From a virus: a stretch of DNA of 64,000 nt. Below are positions 37,499 through 48,185 of the stretch, piece after piece; position 1 is the first letter of the stretch; each line of letters begins with the position of its first letter. The notes under the pieces were generated by a model. The model was not told the DNA's origin. It worked only from the letters and a program-made list of their open reading frames with translations, and did no database searches. The DNA lies in IMG/VR virus record IMGVR_UViG_3300034092_002634, positions 18,653 to 82,652 of that record. One strand, given 5' to 3'. The translations under genes were made by a program, and so were the position numbers.

Positions 37499-37981
37499 AT
37501 GTTCGCAGTCATCATCACCGTCTTCGCAGTCATCGTCGCCATCCGCATCATCAGCAGCATCACCGTCGAGATCACCACCCACCAGTACGATGTCGAGTGT
37601 GAGTGTGTCAAGTGTCAGCAGACCAGCAAGGAGATTCGCAACATGAGTAAGTTGAACGTCAAGTCCATCGAGGAATACGCAGCCATCTACGCTCAATGGG
37701 TATCAGTCGACACCTCAGTCGAAGAGTACTCGGCAGCTGCAGTTGACGTCATCATCACCACAACCGGCACTTGGAAGATGACTTACGTCGTCAACAAGTC
37801 GGTTAAGTTCACTGGCCGCACGTCATACACCGGCAAGACTTCGGGTTGGTTGTTCGAAAACGTCAACACCGGTGCAAGCGACATGTACCTCCAGATCAGT
37901 GGTAAGTCCTCCGCATGGGAAGCTCGCAACTGGTTCGGTAACGGTAACTTCGCTGTCAACACCAAGGTCGCTGTCAAGTAA
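37499..37981 (+). CDS. Hypothetical protein (TM helix plus YDVECECxxC motif)
   Basis: GAAAGGA RBS before MFAVIITV. Confidence 0.6.
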   Translation: MFAVIITVFAVIVAIRIISSITVEITTHQYDVECECVKCQQTSKEIRNMSKLNVKSIEEYAAIYAQWVSVDTSVEEYSAAAVDVIITTTGTWKMTYVVNKSVKFTGRTSYTGKTSGWLFENVNTGASDMYLQISGKSSAWEARNWFGNGNFAVNTKVAVK

Positions 37982-38063
37982 CTAACCAACTAGCAACGCT
38001 CACCTGCTACAGGATGTGAGAATTATCAACATTGCCCAATAAGGGCTAGAGAGAGTGACTACA

Positions 38064-38378
38064 ATGGAGAACATGCTCAACATCACCGCAATCGCCGCCA
38101 ACGACTGGAACGTCTGGACCTGTGCTCACTGTGAGTCGTGCAACTTCGGTGACACGAAGGTCTGCATCGTGTGTGACATGGGCCGCTGGACCAGCTGTGA
38201 CATCGAGTGCGAGCACAACCGGCCAGCACCTGCTTCGGTAGCGGTATACGTCAACTTGGATGAGGTTGTCCAGGTGCCGTTGCCATACACCAACATCCAT
38301 CAGGTGCCTGCTAATTACAAGGAACTGATGGACATGGAGCGCGAAGGTGCTCTGCAGTTGGAAATGCGCTTGTCGTAG
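38064..38378 (+). CDS. RanBP2-like Zn-finger small protein
   Basis: WTCAHCESCNFGDTKVCIVC. Confidence 0.55.
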   Translation: MENMLNITAIAANDWNVWTCAHCESCNFGDTKVCIVCDMGRWTSCDIECEHNRPAPASVAVYVNLDEVVQVPLPYTNIHQVPANYKELMDMEREGALQLEMRLS

Positions 38379-38478
38379 TCTTGTTCACCTGCAACGCTCA
38401 CCTGCAGTAATGGATGTGAGATGTCCGTATGTCCGTATGTGTGTTTATTATTATGTTCTTTGAAAGGACAAAACTACC

Positions 38479-38844
38479 ATGAAGTCAGTCATCAACGCAG
38501 TCATCGGCATGTTCGTGTTGGTCGTCAGCCACTTGGTCATCTACTTCGTTCGCAACCTGAAGATGGGCTTCATCTTCGGCGTCGTCATGCTCACCTTGCT
38601 TGGCTTGGGCATCAGCGGCGAATTGCCTTCTATCGACATTGTCACCGCTAAGTGGGTAGGCATTCTGACCGTTGGGTACGCAGCTGTCGTTGCTGTATTC
38701 GGTGTGTTCGTAACCGCTTACGAGATTCGTAAGTACATGGCCAAGGAAGCAAAGGGCCAAGACACCTGGATTGAGCGGATTAACCTTCTTAAGGTTGTCT
38801 ACAATGTTCCAGGATACAGCTTCCGCAACAACATCACCAAGTAG
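38479..38844 (+). CDS. Small membrane protein
   Basis: Three hydrophobic helices; RBS. Confidence 0.6.
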   Translation: MKSVINAVIGMFVLVVSHLVIYFVRNLKMGFIFGVVMLTLLGLGISGELPSIDIVTAKWVGILTVGYAAVVAVFGVFVTAYEIRKYMAKEAKGQDTWIERINLLKVVYNVPGYSFRNNITK

Positions 38845-38955
38845 TCAACACCGGAGTGGGCGGCAACCGGTCAACTTGCCCACCATTGGAGAAGTGATGC
38901 ATCTCCAGCATAGATCAGCATCCTTGCTGCGTTTGCAGCTAGAGGGGTATTACCA

Positions 38956-41423
38956 ATGGGTAAGTACTATCGGTCCTCGGTGGTTGTTCGTTGGTTGGTG
39001 CACAGTCTGAGCGATTGTGCTATGAGACTGATGCCAATTGGTTTGTCTGATGTCGAGGACGGTAGTCTTCGGTGGAAAGCAGCCAACTGGCTGATGCGCA
39101 AGACTAGCGACTGGGCTGTCGCGCTTAAGAAGGTCTAGTCCACCGTGGAGTAAGCGGATAACCACGTTAAAAACTTGCTTACCATTGGAGAAGTAATGCA
39201 ACTCCAGCATAGCACTGCATTCTCGGATGACAATCATCTGAGCTATAGCTGCCATTGCAGCTAGAAAGGTACGCCTTACCATGGGTAAGAAGTACAACAC
39301 GTCCGCAGTCACCGTTCGTCCGATTGCCACCGGGGAGCTTGCCTTCCTGGTCGAGGCATGGGAGGGCATCAAGCCTTCCCGCAAAGCCGCGGTGACGGTG
39401 CGGATTGCTCGGGAGACCGAGCGTCCGGCCAACTGGCGGCCAAAGACCGACAAGATCGGTCGCCGTCCTCGGATTGAGGCGGTGGTGGCTGAGCGAGAAG
39501 TGGAGGAAGGGCCGCACGAGTGCGACTTCTCGATCAGCCGGTGGGAGGATGTCATCTACCACCATAGCGGGTGGATTGACGTAACTATCGCACGGTGTGA
39601 GTGCGGTAGTTACAACATCACTCCGGAAGACCCGGAGATCCACATCTCCGAAGACGACCACGCTCACCAAGTGTGGATTATTAAAAAGTATAGGTGTAAT
39701 CCTGTGGCGTACGTTTCCGAGTCGTACGAGGGCAGTTCGCCCTTCAAGAAGCTCGACCGGTAGTCACACGTGGAGTCAACGGATAACCACGTTAAAAACT
39801 TGTTGACCATTGTATATACATAATTCTGTGTATATACTAGCTCTCGAAAGGAGCACGGCTATGGAATTCCTTGAGGTATTAGTTCGCGGTAAGACGGTCA
39901 AAGATGTCAGCGTCGAGCAGATCGCGCGCAACATCTACGAAGTCACGGTGGGCCATGGCGGCGGGGAAGAGGGCCCCGACGGTGAATGGCGTGGCTACGT
40001 AATCGGTCGTAGCCAAATTATCATCGCCAGTAGCATGTACGATGCGTGCTACAAGGCGCATCACTTAGCCAAGATAATTGGCTAAGTGTGTTGCAGAGTG
40101 GGCGGTAACTGCATAACTTGCCCACCATTGCATACAGTATAATTCGGTATTGTATGCTAGCTCTCGAAAGGAGCATATCATGCATAAGTATGATGTAGAG
40201 TGTGAGTGTGTAGTGTGTGTGGCGTGGACCGACCGGATCGGGCATAAGTTGGAAACTGTGGCAACATACGTTGACAACAGTGGACACGATTACGACATTG
40301 AGTGCGAATGCACTGAGTGTCAGAAGATCACGGTGGCCGAGCGCGAAATCCAGATGTATGTCCTGGGGGAACCAATCTCTGTCCCGGTTACGATCAATCC
40401 AGAGGTTCAGGAATTCGCTGACAAGAAGTTGTCGGATAGTATTCGGTTCGATCAGCACTAATCAGCACTAGAGCTCTCGGCAAAGCTCGTTAAACACCGA
40501 GTAGAAGGGAATGTCTATGTATGACATTCTGGTTGTGACGGTGTTGGCATTCGTGATGATGGCCGTGTTATTGAAAGGTGGTCGGTAATGAGTCCTGCAG
40601 AACAACTATACGTCGAGAAGTTGTGTCGCCAGTACTATCAGGCGCTCTATGGCGTAGATTACGTCGTAGAGTTCGGGCATATCTTGCTGTTTCCGCATAA
40701 GCATGCGGAGGCTGTGGTCAAGCTCGAGAAACTCATGGAGAATGTCGGTTACCAGGTAGTTCGCCTGGTAGAAATTCGGAAAGGGTAAACTAGTGCACAA
40801 GATCACCCTGTTAGACGTTCGGCATAGTGCTGCCGAAAAGCTGGCCAAAGAGAAACTGCGGGTAGAAGTACCCGCAGAATACAACGGGGATTGGTTCCCC
40901 GCTGTCATGTACGTACCTGCGTATCCCCGTCAGGAGGATCACAGCGTGGATGCTTACACGTTCAAATGTGTGAGCGTCAACGCTAGCCTGAAACGTCTTA
41001 GACGGCTCTACACGGCCCTTGGTGGACGCGCAATGCCTCCGTGGTCCGGTATATTGGTTGACGGCGTCGAGGTCAACGGGAACGTCAAGGACGGCGAGTA
41101 GTCCACCTGGAGTGAGGGGTAACCAGTATAACTTCCTCATGTACTAATTTAGCTCTTGAAAGGAGCGTGTCATGCACAAGTATGACGTTGAGTGCGAGTG
41201 TGTCGAGTGTCAGAAATCCTGGAGGGTGGAGCACATCTGGGAGACCGTCAACTCCCAGGCGGAAGCAGACTGGACTTTCTCGGGTGACACCGAGGACGAG
41301 GTCGTCGCCGCTGCGTACAAGCGCAAAGAGACTCTTCGCCCCACTGAAGAAGAGTGGATGGCTGTGGAGGACAAGTTCTTTCTCTACAAAAAGGGGAAGT
41401 TCTTGGGAGAGTTTTCCCTTTAG
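38956..41423 (+). CDS. Small early genes: 38956-39138, 39281-39763, 39861-40085, 40180-40461, ~40517-40588, 40588-40788, 40793-41101, 41172-41423
   Basis: Each has an RBS or translational coupling; separated by repeated structured elements. Confidence 0.55.
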
Positions 41424-41497
41424 TAGTCCACGTGGTAGTCGGATAACCACGTTAAACACCGACATCATTTTATGTGCAAAAGCACAAGGAGAATCCA

Positions 41498-41974
41498 ATG
41501 CCTAATTGGTGCAGTAACGTTGTTCAACTCAGCAAAGACGGGTACGACTTTACGAGCATGGAAAAACGCATCCCTACCGAGGGACTCTATGCGCAATTCC
41601 TTCCCGCACCCGAGGGACTTGACGACCACCAACTGACGGATTGGTGCTACGAGAATTGGGGCGTTAAGTGGGACACCCAGAACGCAGATGCCGGCGTCGA
41701 TGGCGACCGCATTCAACTGTGTTTTGATAGCCCATGGAGCGCACCACGGCAGTGGCTCGCCTATATGGTGAGCATCGGGTTCGATGTCCGAGGTGCATTC
41801 TGGGAGCCAGGCATGGCCATGGGCGGTGTCTACACTACCTTGCACGATGGAGCACTAGTTGCTCCAGCATTGGAGTGGACGCAGGACAACCTCGTCGAAC
41901 GGGGTAGCGAAATGTACGAATATCTCATCAGTTACGGACTGATCTCAGAAGATGATGAAATGATCAACGACTAG
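41498..41974 (+). CDS. DUF1281/YubB ferredoxin-like family protein
   Basis: MPNWCSN, WCYENWGVKWD, FDSPWSAP, EPGM. Confidence 0.8.
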   Translation: MPNWCSNVVQLSKDGYDFTSMEKRIPTEGLYAQFLPAPEGLDDHQLTDWCYENWGVKWDTQNADAGVDGDRIQLCFDSPWSAPRQWLAYMVSIGFDVRGAFWEPGMAMGGVYTTLHDGALVAPALEWTQDNLVERGSEMYEYLISYGLISEDDEMIND

Positions 41975-42043
41975 CTCGCACGAGGTAACCGGCAAACCTC
42001 GTTAAACACCGGTATCTTTTTATGCTCACGAAAGGAGCACGGT

Positions 42044-44323
42044 ATGTTGTATTGCATGATGGCGGTGTCTCGATGGCTTACTGGTGACCCGGACTTCGGG
42101 TACGATGGGGAGATGATCCCCAAGGTCACCGCGGTGATCTACATCCGTGAACAGCCCTTTGAGGACTGGGAGCGGGAGGAAGGCAGGAATATCTGGAAAA
42201 TCAAGCTCGGTGAGTCTACTGTTGTGTCAATGCATAGGTGGACAACTGATCTCTCTCCAGTGGAGATCAGTACCAAGCATGACTGCGAAGTCATTGACTG
42301 GTCCAAGCGGTAAGTGGAGATCTCGGAGTGAGGGGATAACCGATGTAACTTCCTCAATAGTTATATTAGCTCTTGAAAGGAGCAACGCTATGCAAGTACT
42401 GCAAGCACGGGGAATTATCCTGGAAAATCTGGAAGCGCTTCGCGAGTTCAAGCCCGAGGACTTGCGGCTGGTTGCGTTATACAACGCAGCAGCAGGGCAG
42501 TCCTGGGCCGAGTTCAACCTTATCCGCACAACGTGTGCGGACTGGGACGAGCTCACCTACAACAACTTTGAGGAGGAAGACCTCAAGAATTTGTGGGACG
42601 AACTCTCTGAGCATTTCAGCAAAATCTGGGAAGGAACCAAGTAATGCGAGTACGTGGCAAGCAGCCGCATGTCTATCGTGAGTCAGAAACGGCTACGATA
42701 GCGCGGTACACCAACTTGCTCCCTCCTGTGTACGAGGCAAGTGCACAGGAGTGGAAGGTGTTTGGCCGTCAGGATACCATTGTCCGTGTTGGTACGCGGG
42801 CGACTATGCTGACGTATCTCAAGGGTAGGCGCGATCAGTATACTCGTATGCACGGATACGAGGATTTGACTGACCCCTGCCTCAGGCTGAGGTGGGATAC
42901 TAGTCTGCGGTGCTTTCACGTGACAGAGCCGCAGTTGGACCTACCCGTGTTCTCAGGTACTAAGTACATGTGTACGTGGTATCTGGTTGGCCGGTCGGAC
43001 GAGTTCCAAGGCCTGTAGTGTGTTGACAACGCTCACCTGTGTCGGATGTGAGAAAGTAATTATAGCCCTGAGGGGCAAGAAGGAGAGTGTGACTATGGGT
43101 AAGGTTATCACCGCAGCGGTCTTCATCAGCATGTTCAACAGCTCATTCCGGGACAGGCTCGAGTGGATGAGTGAGGAAGTTCGCGACCTCACGGTGGACG
43201 CGCTCACCCGGGAAGGCTACGACGAGGACGATTTGCGTCGGATGTCGGATGCCTTTGCCAAGCTGGAGGAAAAGTCCAGCGACTTGATCGAGACAGACTA
43301 CGCCAACGATCTGCTGAACGTGGACGAAGAGAGTCTCGATGAGGGTTACTACTCGGATGGTGAAGACGAGTAGTAGGTAGCGGACTGGCAACTCTCGCCT
43401 GCGTCGGATGCGAGGAAGTAATGTATAGCCCTGAGGGGCAAGAAGGAGAGTGTGACTATGGGGACTCAGCATTGCGTCTTGATCCAGGACCGTTTCGACA
43501 ACGAGGCCAAGTTCAACTTGGTCATCACCCACGACGTACCCTTCCACCCGGAAGCGGTCTTGTGGATTGCTCAGCTGTACACGGCAAAGCGTTGGGGGTC
43601 ACAGCCCGACGTGTACCGCACTGCCGAGCTCGATGTCAGCGTCGACTGGAACGACATCGTGTACGTTCCGGCGCTAAATGTCCTGGACTTCGAGTCCTCG
43701 GACTACTGGCCAACACAGAAGCAGCTGAGGTTGGCTCGGATGGCGTTGGATTCGTACCGTATGTTTTATGACGAGTTGGCAAGGCAGGAGAAGATTATCT
43801 CCGGCTATGTCCGTCAGGAGATGCACAAGCAGTACGGTGAGGACACCGTCGCTATGCGTCTTCCCACCTTCCACAGCCGTGCTTCGGCATTGGACATCCT
43901 AGTTCATCTGGCACGGTAAGTCCACACGAGGTAGCCGGCGAACCTCGTTAAACACCGGTATAGTATTATAAGTGCAAGAGCACAAAGGAGAGCAAGATGC
44001 GTTACTCAATCAAGTTCGTGGCGAGTGCGAAGAAGTCCGTTCCCTTCGGCCTGGGTATGAGCAAGAAGTTCCACGACGCTGTGTGGAAGGGTGGGTGTAA
44101 GCGCCAGTGGCACGACATTGGTATCAAGGCCACGGAGTACTGCCTGCGGACACGTTCGTGCATGATCGACGTCGAGGCCTCGGACGCTGCTGAGTTGTCG
44201 TTTAAGCAGGAGGTGTGCCAGAGCCTGGTCGACTACATCTGGCAGGCAAGCAACAAGCCCTTTACAAGCGTAGAGGTGTTCGAGACGTGGAGTCACAAGG
44301 TTATCTACAAGGCTGATCTCTAG
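42044..44323 (+). CDS. Small early genes: 42044-42313, 42390-42644, 42644-43018, 43095-43373, 43458-43919, 43997-44323
   Basis: AAGGAG RBSs; separated by repeated structured elements. Confidence 0.55.
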
Positions 44324-44398
44324 GAATGTCTGGCAACTCCCACCTGCGACGGATGTGGGCAAGCAAAGCAATGTGCAAGTGCACAAAGGAGCAACAGC

Positions 44399-45259
44399 AT
44401 GTCTGATGTCAAAGTCCCTGCAGCAGAGCGTATTGGGTCCGCGATGGTTGAGAAGCTGATCGAGTCACTCGAAGCGGGAGTGGCAAACGGTCAATGGAAG
44501 CAGCCGTGGACAACGTCAAAGCAGATCAATGCGGTCACCGGGGCTAGCTACTCCGGTGCCAATGCGATCAACTTGATGTTGATTGGCGCGGAATGCCCTT
44601 ACTGGGCTACCTTCAATCAGTGGTCGACAGCCGGTTACCGTATTCCACAGGGTACGGAATCCAGCGGTTTTGTCCACACCCCTCCGAGACGGAACAAGAA
44701 GACGGAGAGCGGCGAAGAGATCACCATATTCGTCCCATCAAAGACGTTTGTGGTGTTCAACGGTTCACAAGTCGTTGACGCCGATGGCAACCCGTTCACG
44801 TGGGAATCTTCGCCACCTGTTCCGGTTCTTCCAGAGATCGAGGCCTTCTTCGCCAAGCACAATCCAACGATTGTGCATGACGATCCCAGTAGTGCATATT
44901 ATCATCCGTCGAAAGACTTGATCAATATGCCGCCGATCAACTCGTTTGTTGACAATGTTTCATACTATGGAACGTTAGCGCACGAGATGATTCACTGGAC
45001 TGCACACAAGGACCGGCTGGATCGCGATCTGTCTCAGTATGGCCGTGATCGTAAAGTACGCGCATTCGAAGAACTCATAGCTGAGTTCGGCGCGGCCATT
45101 ATCGGTAGTGAACTTGGTCTAACTACTGAGGTGAGAGATGACCATCTGCAGTATCTAGCTTCTTGGCTATCCTCCCTTAAGGAGGATAAGACGGTACTGC
45201 GGCGGGCGGTTACCGAAGCAGGTAAGGCTTCAGCCTACGTCAGCAGAGATGCTGAGTAG
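44399..45259 (+). CDS. ardC: ArdC-family antirestriction protein (ssDNA-binding plus zincin-like domain)
   Basis: WKQPW, N..TG..YSG.N, WATFNQW, VFN, AYY.PS.D.I.MP, HEMIHWT, EELIAE, YLASWL. Confidence 0.9.
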   Translation: MSDVKVPAAERIGSAMVEKLIESLEAGVANGQWKQPWTTSKQINAVTGASYSGANAINLMLIGAECPYWATFNQWSTAGYRIPQGTESSGFVHTPPRRNKKTESGEEITIFVPSKTFVVFNGSQVVDADGNPFTWESSPPVPVLPEIEAFFAKHNPTIVHDDPSSAYYHPSKDLINMPPINSFVDNVSYYGTLAHEMIHWTAHKDRLDRDLSQYGRDRKVRAFEELIAEFGAAIIGSELGLTTEVRDDHLQYLASWLSSLKEDKTVLRRAVTEAGKASAYVSRDAE

Positions 45260-45304
45260 TTTACATATACCGGTTAGCTCTCACAGAAAGGGGGTGATTA
45301 CCAC

Positions 45305-45607
45305 TTGCCACCATTCGGATTCATGGTGTTAGTTTTCTTCCATCTCCGGTACAAGACTGGAGGTGGTCGGTTCGCCTGGAGTCTGTACTCACTGCGCGCG
45401 TCGCTCAAGTATCAGGACGGTTCGATCTACGGTCGAATACTTTACGACGGGTCGCGTCCGTTGCTAGAGACCTGGGAGAACGGCGTGCGTATCTGGGTAA
45501 GTCCTGACTACGATGCGTATATGGCTGAGTCTCAGCGACGTATCGATCAGGCTGCCAAAGAGTACCGCGTCACGGAGACTTTCGGTCCTGGCGATTCCAT
45601 GCCCTAG
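45305..45607 (+). CDS. Hypothetical protein
   Basis: ORF with GGGGG RBS. Confidence 0.45.
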   Translation: MPPFGFMVLVFFHLRYKTGGGRFAWSLYSLRASLKYQDGSIYGRILYDGSRPLLETWENGVRIWVSPDYDAYMAESQRRIDQAAKEYRVTETFGPGDSMP

Positions 45608-45624
45608 TGTCTGATTATTAATCA

Positions 45625-47588
45625 GCGGTAGGGTACTGTGCCCTACCGCATATGGGAGATGCAACTACTATGCGTAAGCAAGCACAAAAGACCGCAGTGA
45701 CCGTAGTCGAGAACACTGGCAACACCAAGCTGGTTGGTACGTCCGCGATGTACAACTGGATCACCACCTACACCGAGGTGGGGCCGACCTGTCCTACGAC
45801 GTGTTGGTTCCACCCCGAGTCTCTGTATGCCGACGATCTCAAGAAGCTCAAACTCAAGGCCTGCTACACCAAGCGTGGGCATGTGTCCTTCAGTGTTGCG
45901 GCTTCCAAGTTCGCTGGTGCAGATACGTCTGACGGTGCGTTGACTCCTGTGCGTGAGCGCTTCGATCGCATCTTCTTGATGCACGAGGCCGGACGCAAGA
46001 CAGTCGACGGCATTCGCTTCCAGACGGGTGGCGATATTCTCCATCCAGTTACGGGTCAGCCGTGGGTGGAGTTCATCGACCTGATCCTGTACGTTATCGA
46101 GCGTGCATTACCTCTGGGGATACCAGTCATCGGCTTCACCGCTACGTGGCGGTATCCCGAGGTGCAGGTGCTACGTCGCAAGTTCCATGCTTCTGTTCAG
46201 ACGTTTGCTGATGCTCGGCAGGCGACTGAGATGGGTTGGACCGTGGCGTATGCAGTGGGCGAGCAGGACGTACTACAGGCTGTCAGTGAGCTCAGGAGTC
46301 TCGGTCAACGTGCTGTATACTGTCCTGAACAGGCAGGTAAGGCAAAGAGCTGCAGTGACTGTGGTCTGTGTGCAGTGGCCGATAGCAGTAGACTCGACAG
46401 AGTTCTTTGGGAAGAGAACTACATGCTGTATCGGAAGCGTTTTGTGTTGACCGACATCCCAGTGTCGATCGTACTCAAGAACCACTAGTCGGTAAGTCTA
46501 TGACCCGGGGACAATTCGGTTCCCGGGTCTATTACAAAGGAGTGTGTAGGGTTATGGAAAAGCGCGCATTGATCCGGTGGAATGACGGTGAAGATCTCCA
46601 GGTGTTGATTGGCATCGGTAAGTGGGATGGTAAGTCGAACGACGACCACATCTTCTACTGGATGGAAGAGTTGACTGACTACCAGGTTGGGTACCGCAAC
46701 GGTGATGGGTGGACCATCATCCAGATCGAGAAGGAGACTGCGTTGAGTACTAAGTGGACATTGAATCGGCCTGAGCTGGCAGACAACGACGAGGAGGTAG
46801 TGGTGGGTCTCGACTACAACAACGAGCGGTCAGACTTCAATCTGGCGCGCGTACAGTTTGTCGAGCTGTACAACGGTATCCCTGAGCCATACTTCCACAT
46901 CAGCTTCGACGAGGCTATGTGCTACAGTGTGTCTGCCAAAGAGTTGTTGTCCGACACCTACAAGACCATCTACGTACCAGGTGCTTGGGGTGCGACTCTC
47001 TGCTGGATTCCGATCCACCGAGCGTAGTTGTTGTGGTCCATGCGGGATAGTAATGTGCTATCCCGCTTACCTATAGGAGGATGCAATGAGCATCAAGATT
47101 ACTGTGACTGAAAAAGTGCTGAAGGACTCGTTGATCTCGGCCGTGTCGGATCTCTATCATGTCGACAACTGCGAAGAGTTCGGCGAGTGGATGTTCGTGC
47201 GGTACTTCGGTAACCGCGCTGACCTCGAGAACGATCTGTCCGAGCAGCTGGGTCACTCTAGCTACAACATCGGCATCTCGCTTCTCAACCTGGCACCAGA
47301 CTCAGATGAGTTGCGGCGTGACTACTTCCGCCACAATCACCGCAACAACTTGCTCACACTCGAGCAGGCGGTGCATATGATTCAGTTCGGTCACGAGATC
47401 TGGGTCTGCAACTACAATGCAGATCAGGAGATTGATCTGTTCACGACCGTCACTATCTCGGACTTCGACGAGGACCGTGACGAGTCATTGACCGAGTGGC
47501 TCAAGGACATGCAGGCCTGGGCTAAGCAGGACTGGGCTAAGTAGTCTACACAGTGGGGTCCCTGCGGAGTAGTAAAGTGCTACTCCGC
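45625..47588 (+). repeat. Three 9-bp hairpins with TA(A/C)(T/A)GTG loop
   Basis: 45625-45649, 47042-47066, 47564-47588; stems differ in sequence but pair fully. Confidence 0.7.
45670..46488 (+). CDS. Cys-rich GP88-like phage protein
   Basis: GNTKL, TCPTTC..ACY, RFQTGGD, CPEQ....SCSDCGLC. Confidence 0.6.
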   Translation: MRKQAQKTAVTVVENTGNTKLVGTSAMYNWITTYTEVGPTCPTTCWFHPESLYADDLKKLKLKACYTKRGHVSFSVAASKFAGADTSDGALTPVRERFDRIFLMHEAGRKTVDGIRFQTGGDILHPVTGQPWVEFIDLILYVIERALPLGIPVIGFTATWRYPEVQVLRRKFHASVQTFADARQATEMGWTVAYAVGEQDVLQAVSELRSLGQRAVYCPEQAGKAKSCSDCGLCAVADSSRLDRVLWEENYMLYRKRFVLTDIPVSIVLKNH

Positions 47589-48183
47589 TTTCTTATAAGG
47601 AGCGCGAGAGTTATGCATCACACCTACGTGGCAATTGAGCTTTCATCGGAAGACATGGAGCAGGCTCTAATTCAGATCAGGGACGTCGTCGAGCATGATC
47701 CTGAGGAATGTGACGTCAACGATACGGAGATCGAGTTGGCTCCTAAGCTGGCTTCTCTCTGTATCCTGTTCCTGCATGAGTTCGCAGAGGCACAGGCGCA
47801 AGGTAAGGTCAACCTCGATTCAATCTGGCTACCGAATTACGAGCTTCGGCTCTTGGTGGCTACGGCCGCGAAGTTATTAATGGCAGCATCTGAAGAGAAA
47901 GAGGGTGAGTAACATGGCTAAGTTCACTGTAATTGAGTACATGGACCCAGCAGGCGACGTCGACAGCATTGAAGTTGACTTGGCGTGGCCACTTGCAGAC
48001 GTTCAGCTGCTACTGGCGTACCAGACACGGCGTCACGAGACACAGTGGAAGGAGCACTTCGGTCCTACTGACTACTTCAATCGTCAGTACCCGCGGATGA
48101 TGGCCGTGATTGCGGATGCTAAGCGTCGTTTCGGTAACGGTACCCCTATCGATGAGCTGACTATCATCGACTGGCAGGAATAG
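46554..48183 (+). CDS. Small early genes: 46554-47027, 47086-47544, 47613-47912, ~47914-48183
   Basis: RBSs; separated by hairpin repeats. Confidence 0.55.
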
Positions 48184-48185
48184 TC

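Larger units (their letters stand above)
38850..43959 (+). ncRNA. Ten dispersed copies of H-type pseudoknot motif A
   Basis: Copies at 38850-38883, 39144-39182, 39768-39807, 40092-40125, 40471-40501, 41107-41140, 41430-41463, 41980-42013, 42323-42356, 43926-43959; compensatory changes in both stems. Confidence 0.8.
37991..44359 (+). ncRNA. Five dispersed copies of pseudoknot motif B (CAAC[G/T]CTCACCTG..GGATGTGAG)
   Basis: 37991-38020, 38389-38420, 43025-43052, 43383-43414, 44328-44359; covariation CTCAC/GTGAG, CTCGC/GCGAG, CCCAC/GTGGG. Confidence 0.75.

Noticed and set aside
39144-39182. Pseudoknot A as a pistol ribozyme or preQ1-I riboswitch (shared CGTGG...CCACGTTAAA)
   Set aside because: Lacks pistol P2/P3 and the GU cleavage junction; lacks the preQ1 loop consensus, and its second stem is long and does not cover the RBS. 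An Rfam search is still needed.
38842-43959. Pseudoknots as stop-codon readthrough or frameshift stimulators
   Set aside because: Stops are both TAG and TAA; readthrough at 39136 meets TAA after four codons; no consistent slippery site; downstream genes have their own RBS.
37991-44359. CRISPR array
   Set aside because: Repeats are dispersed between genes with irregular spacing and covary structurally; the Cas4-like nuclease sits in the replication module.
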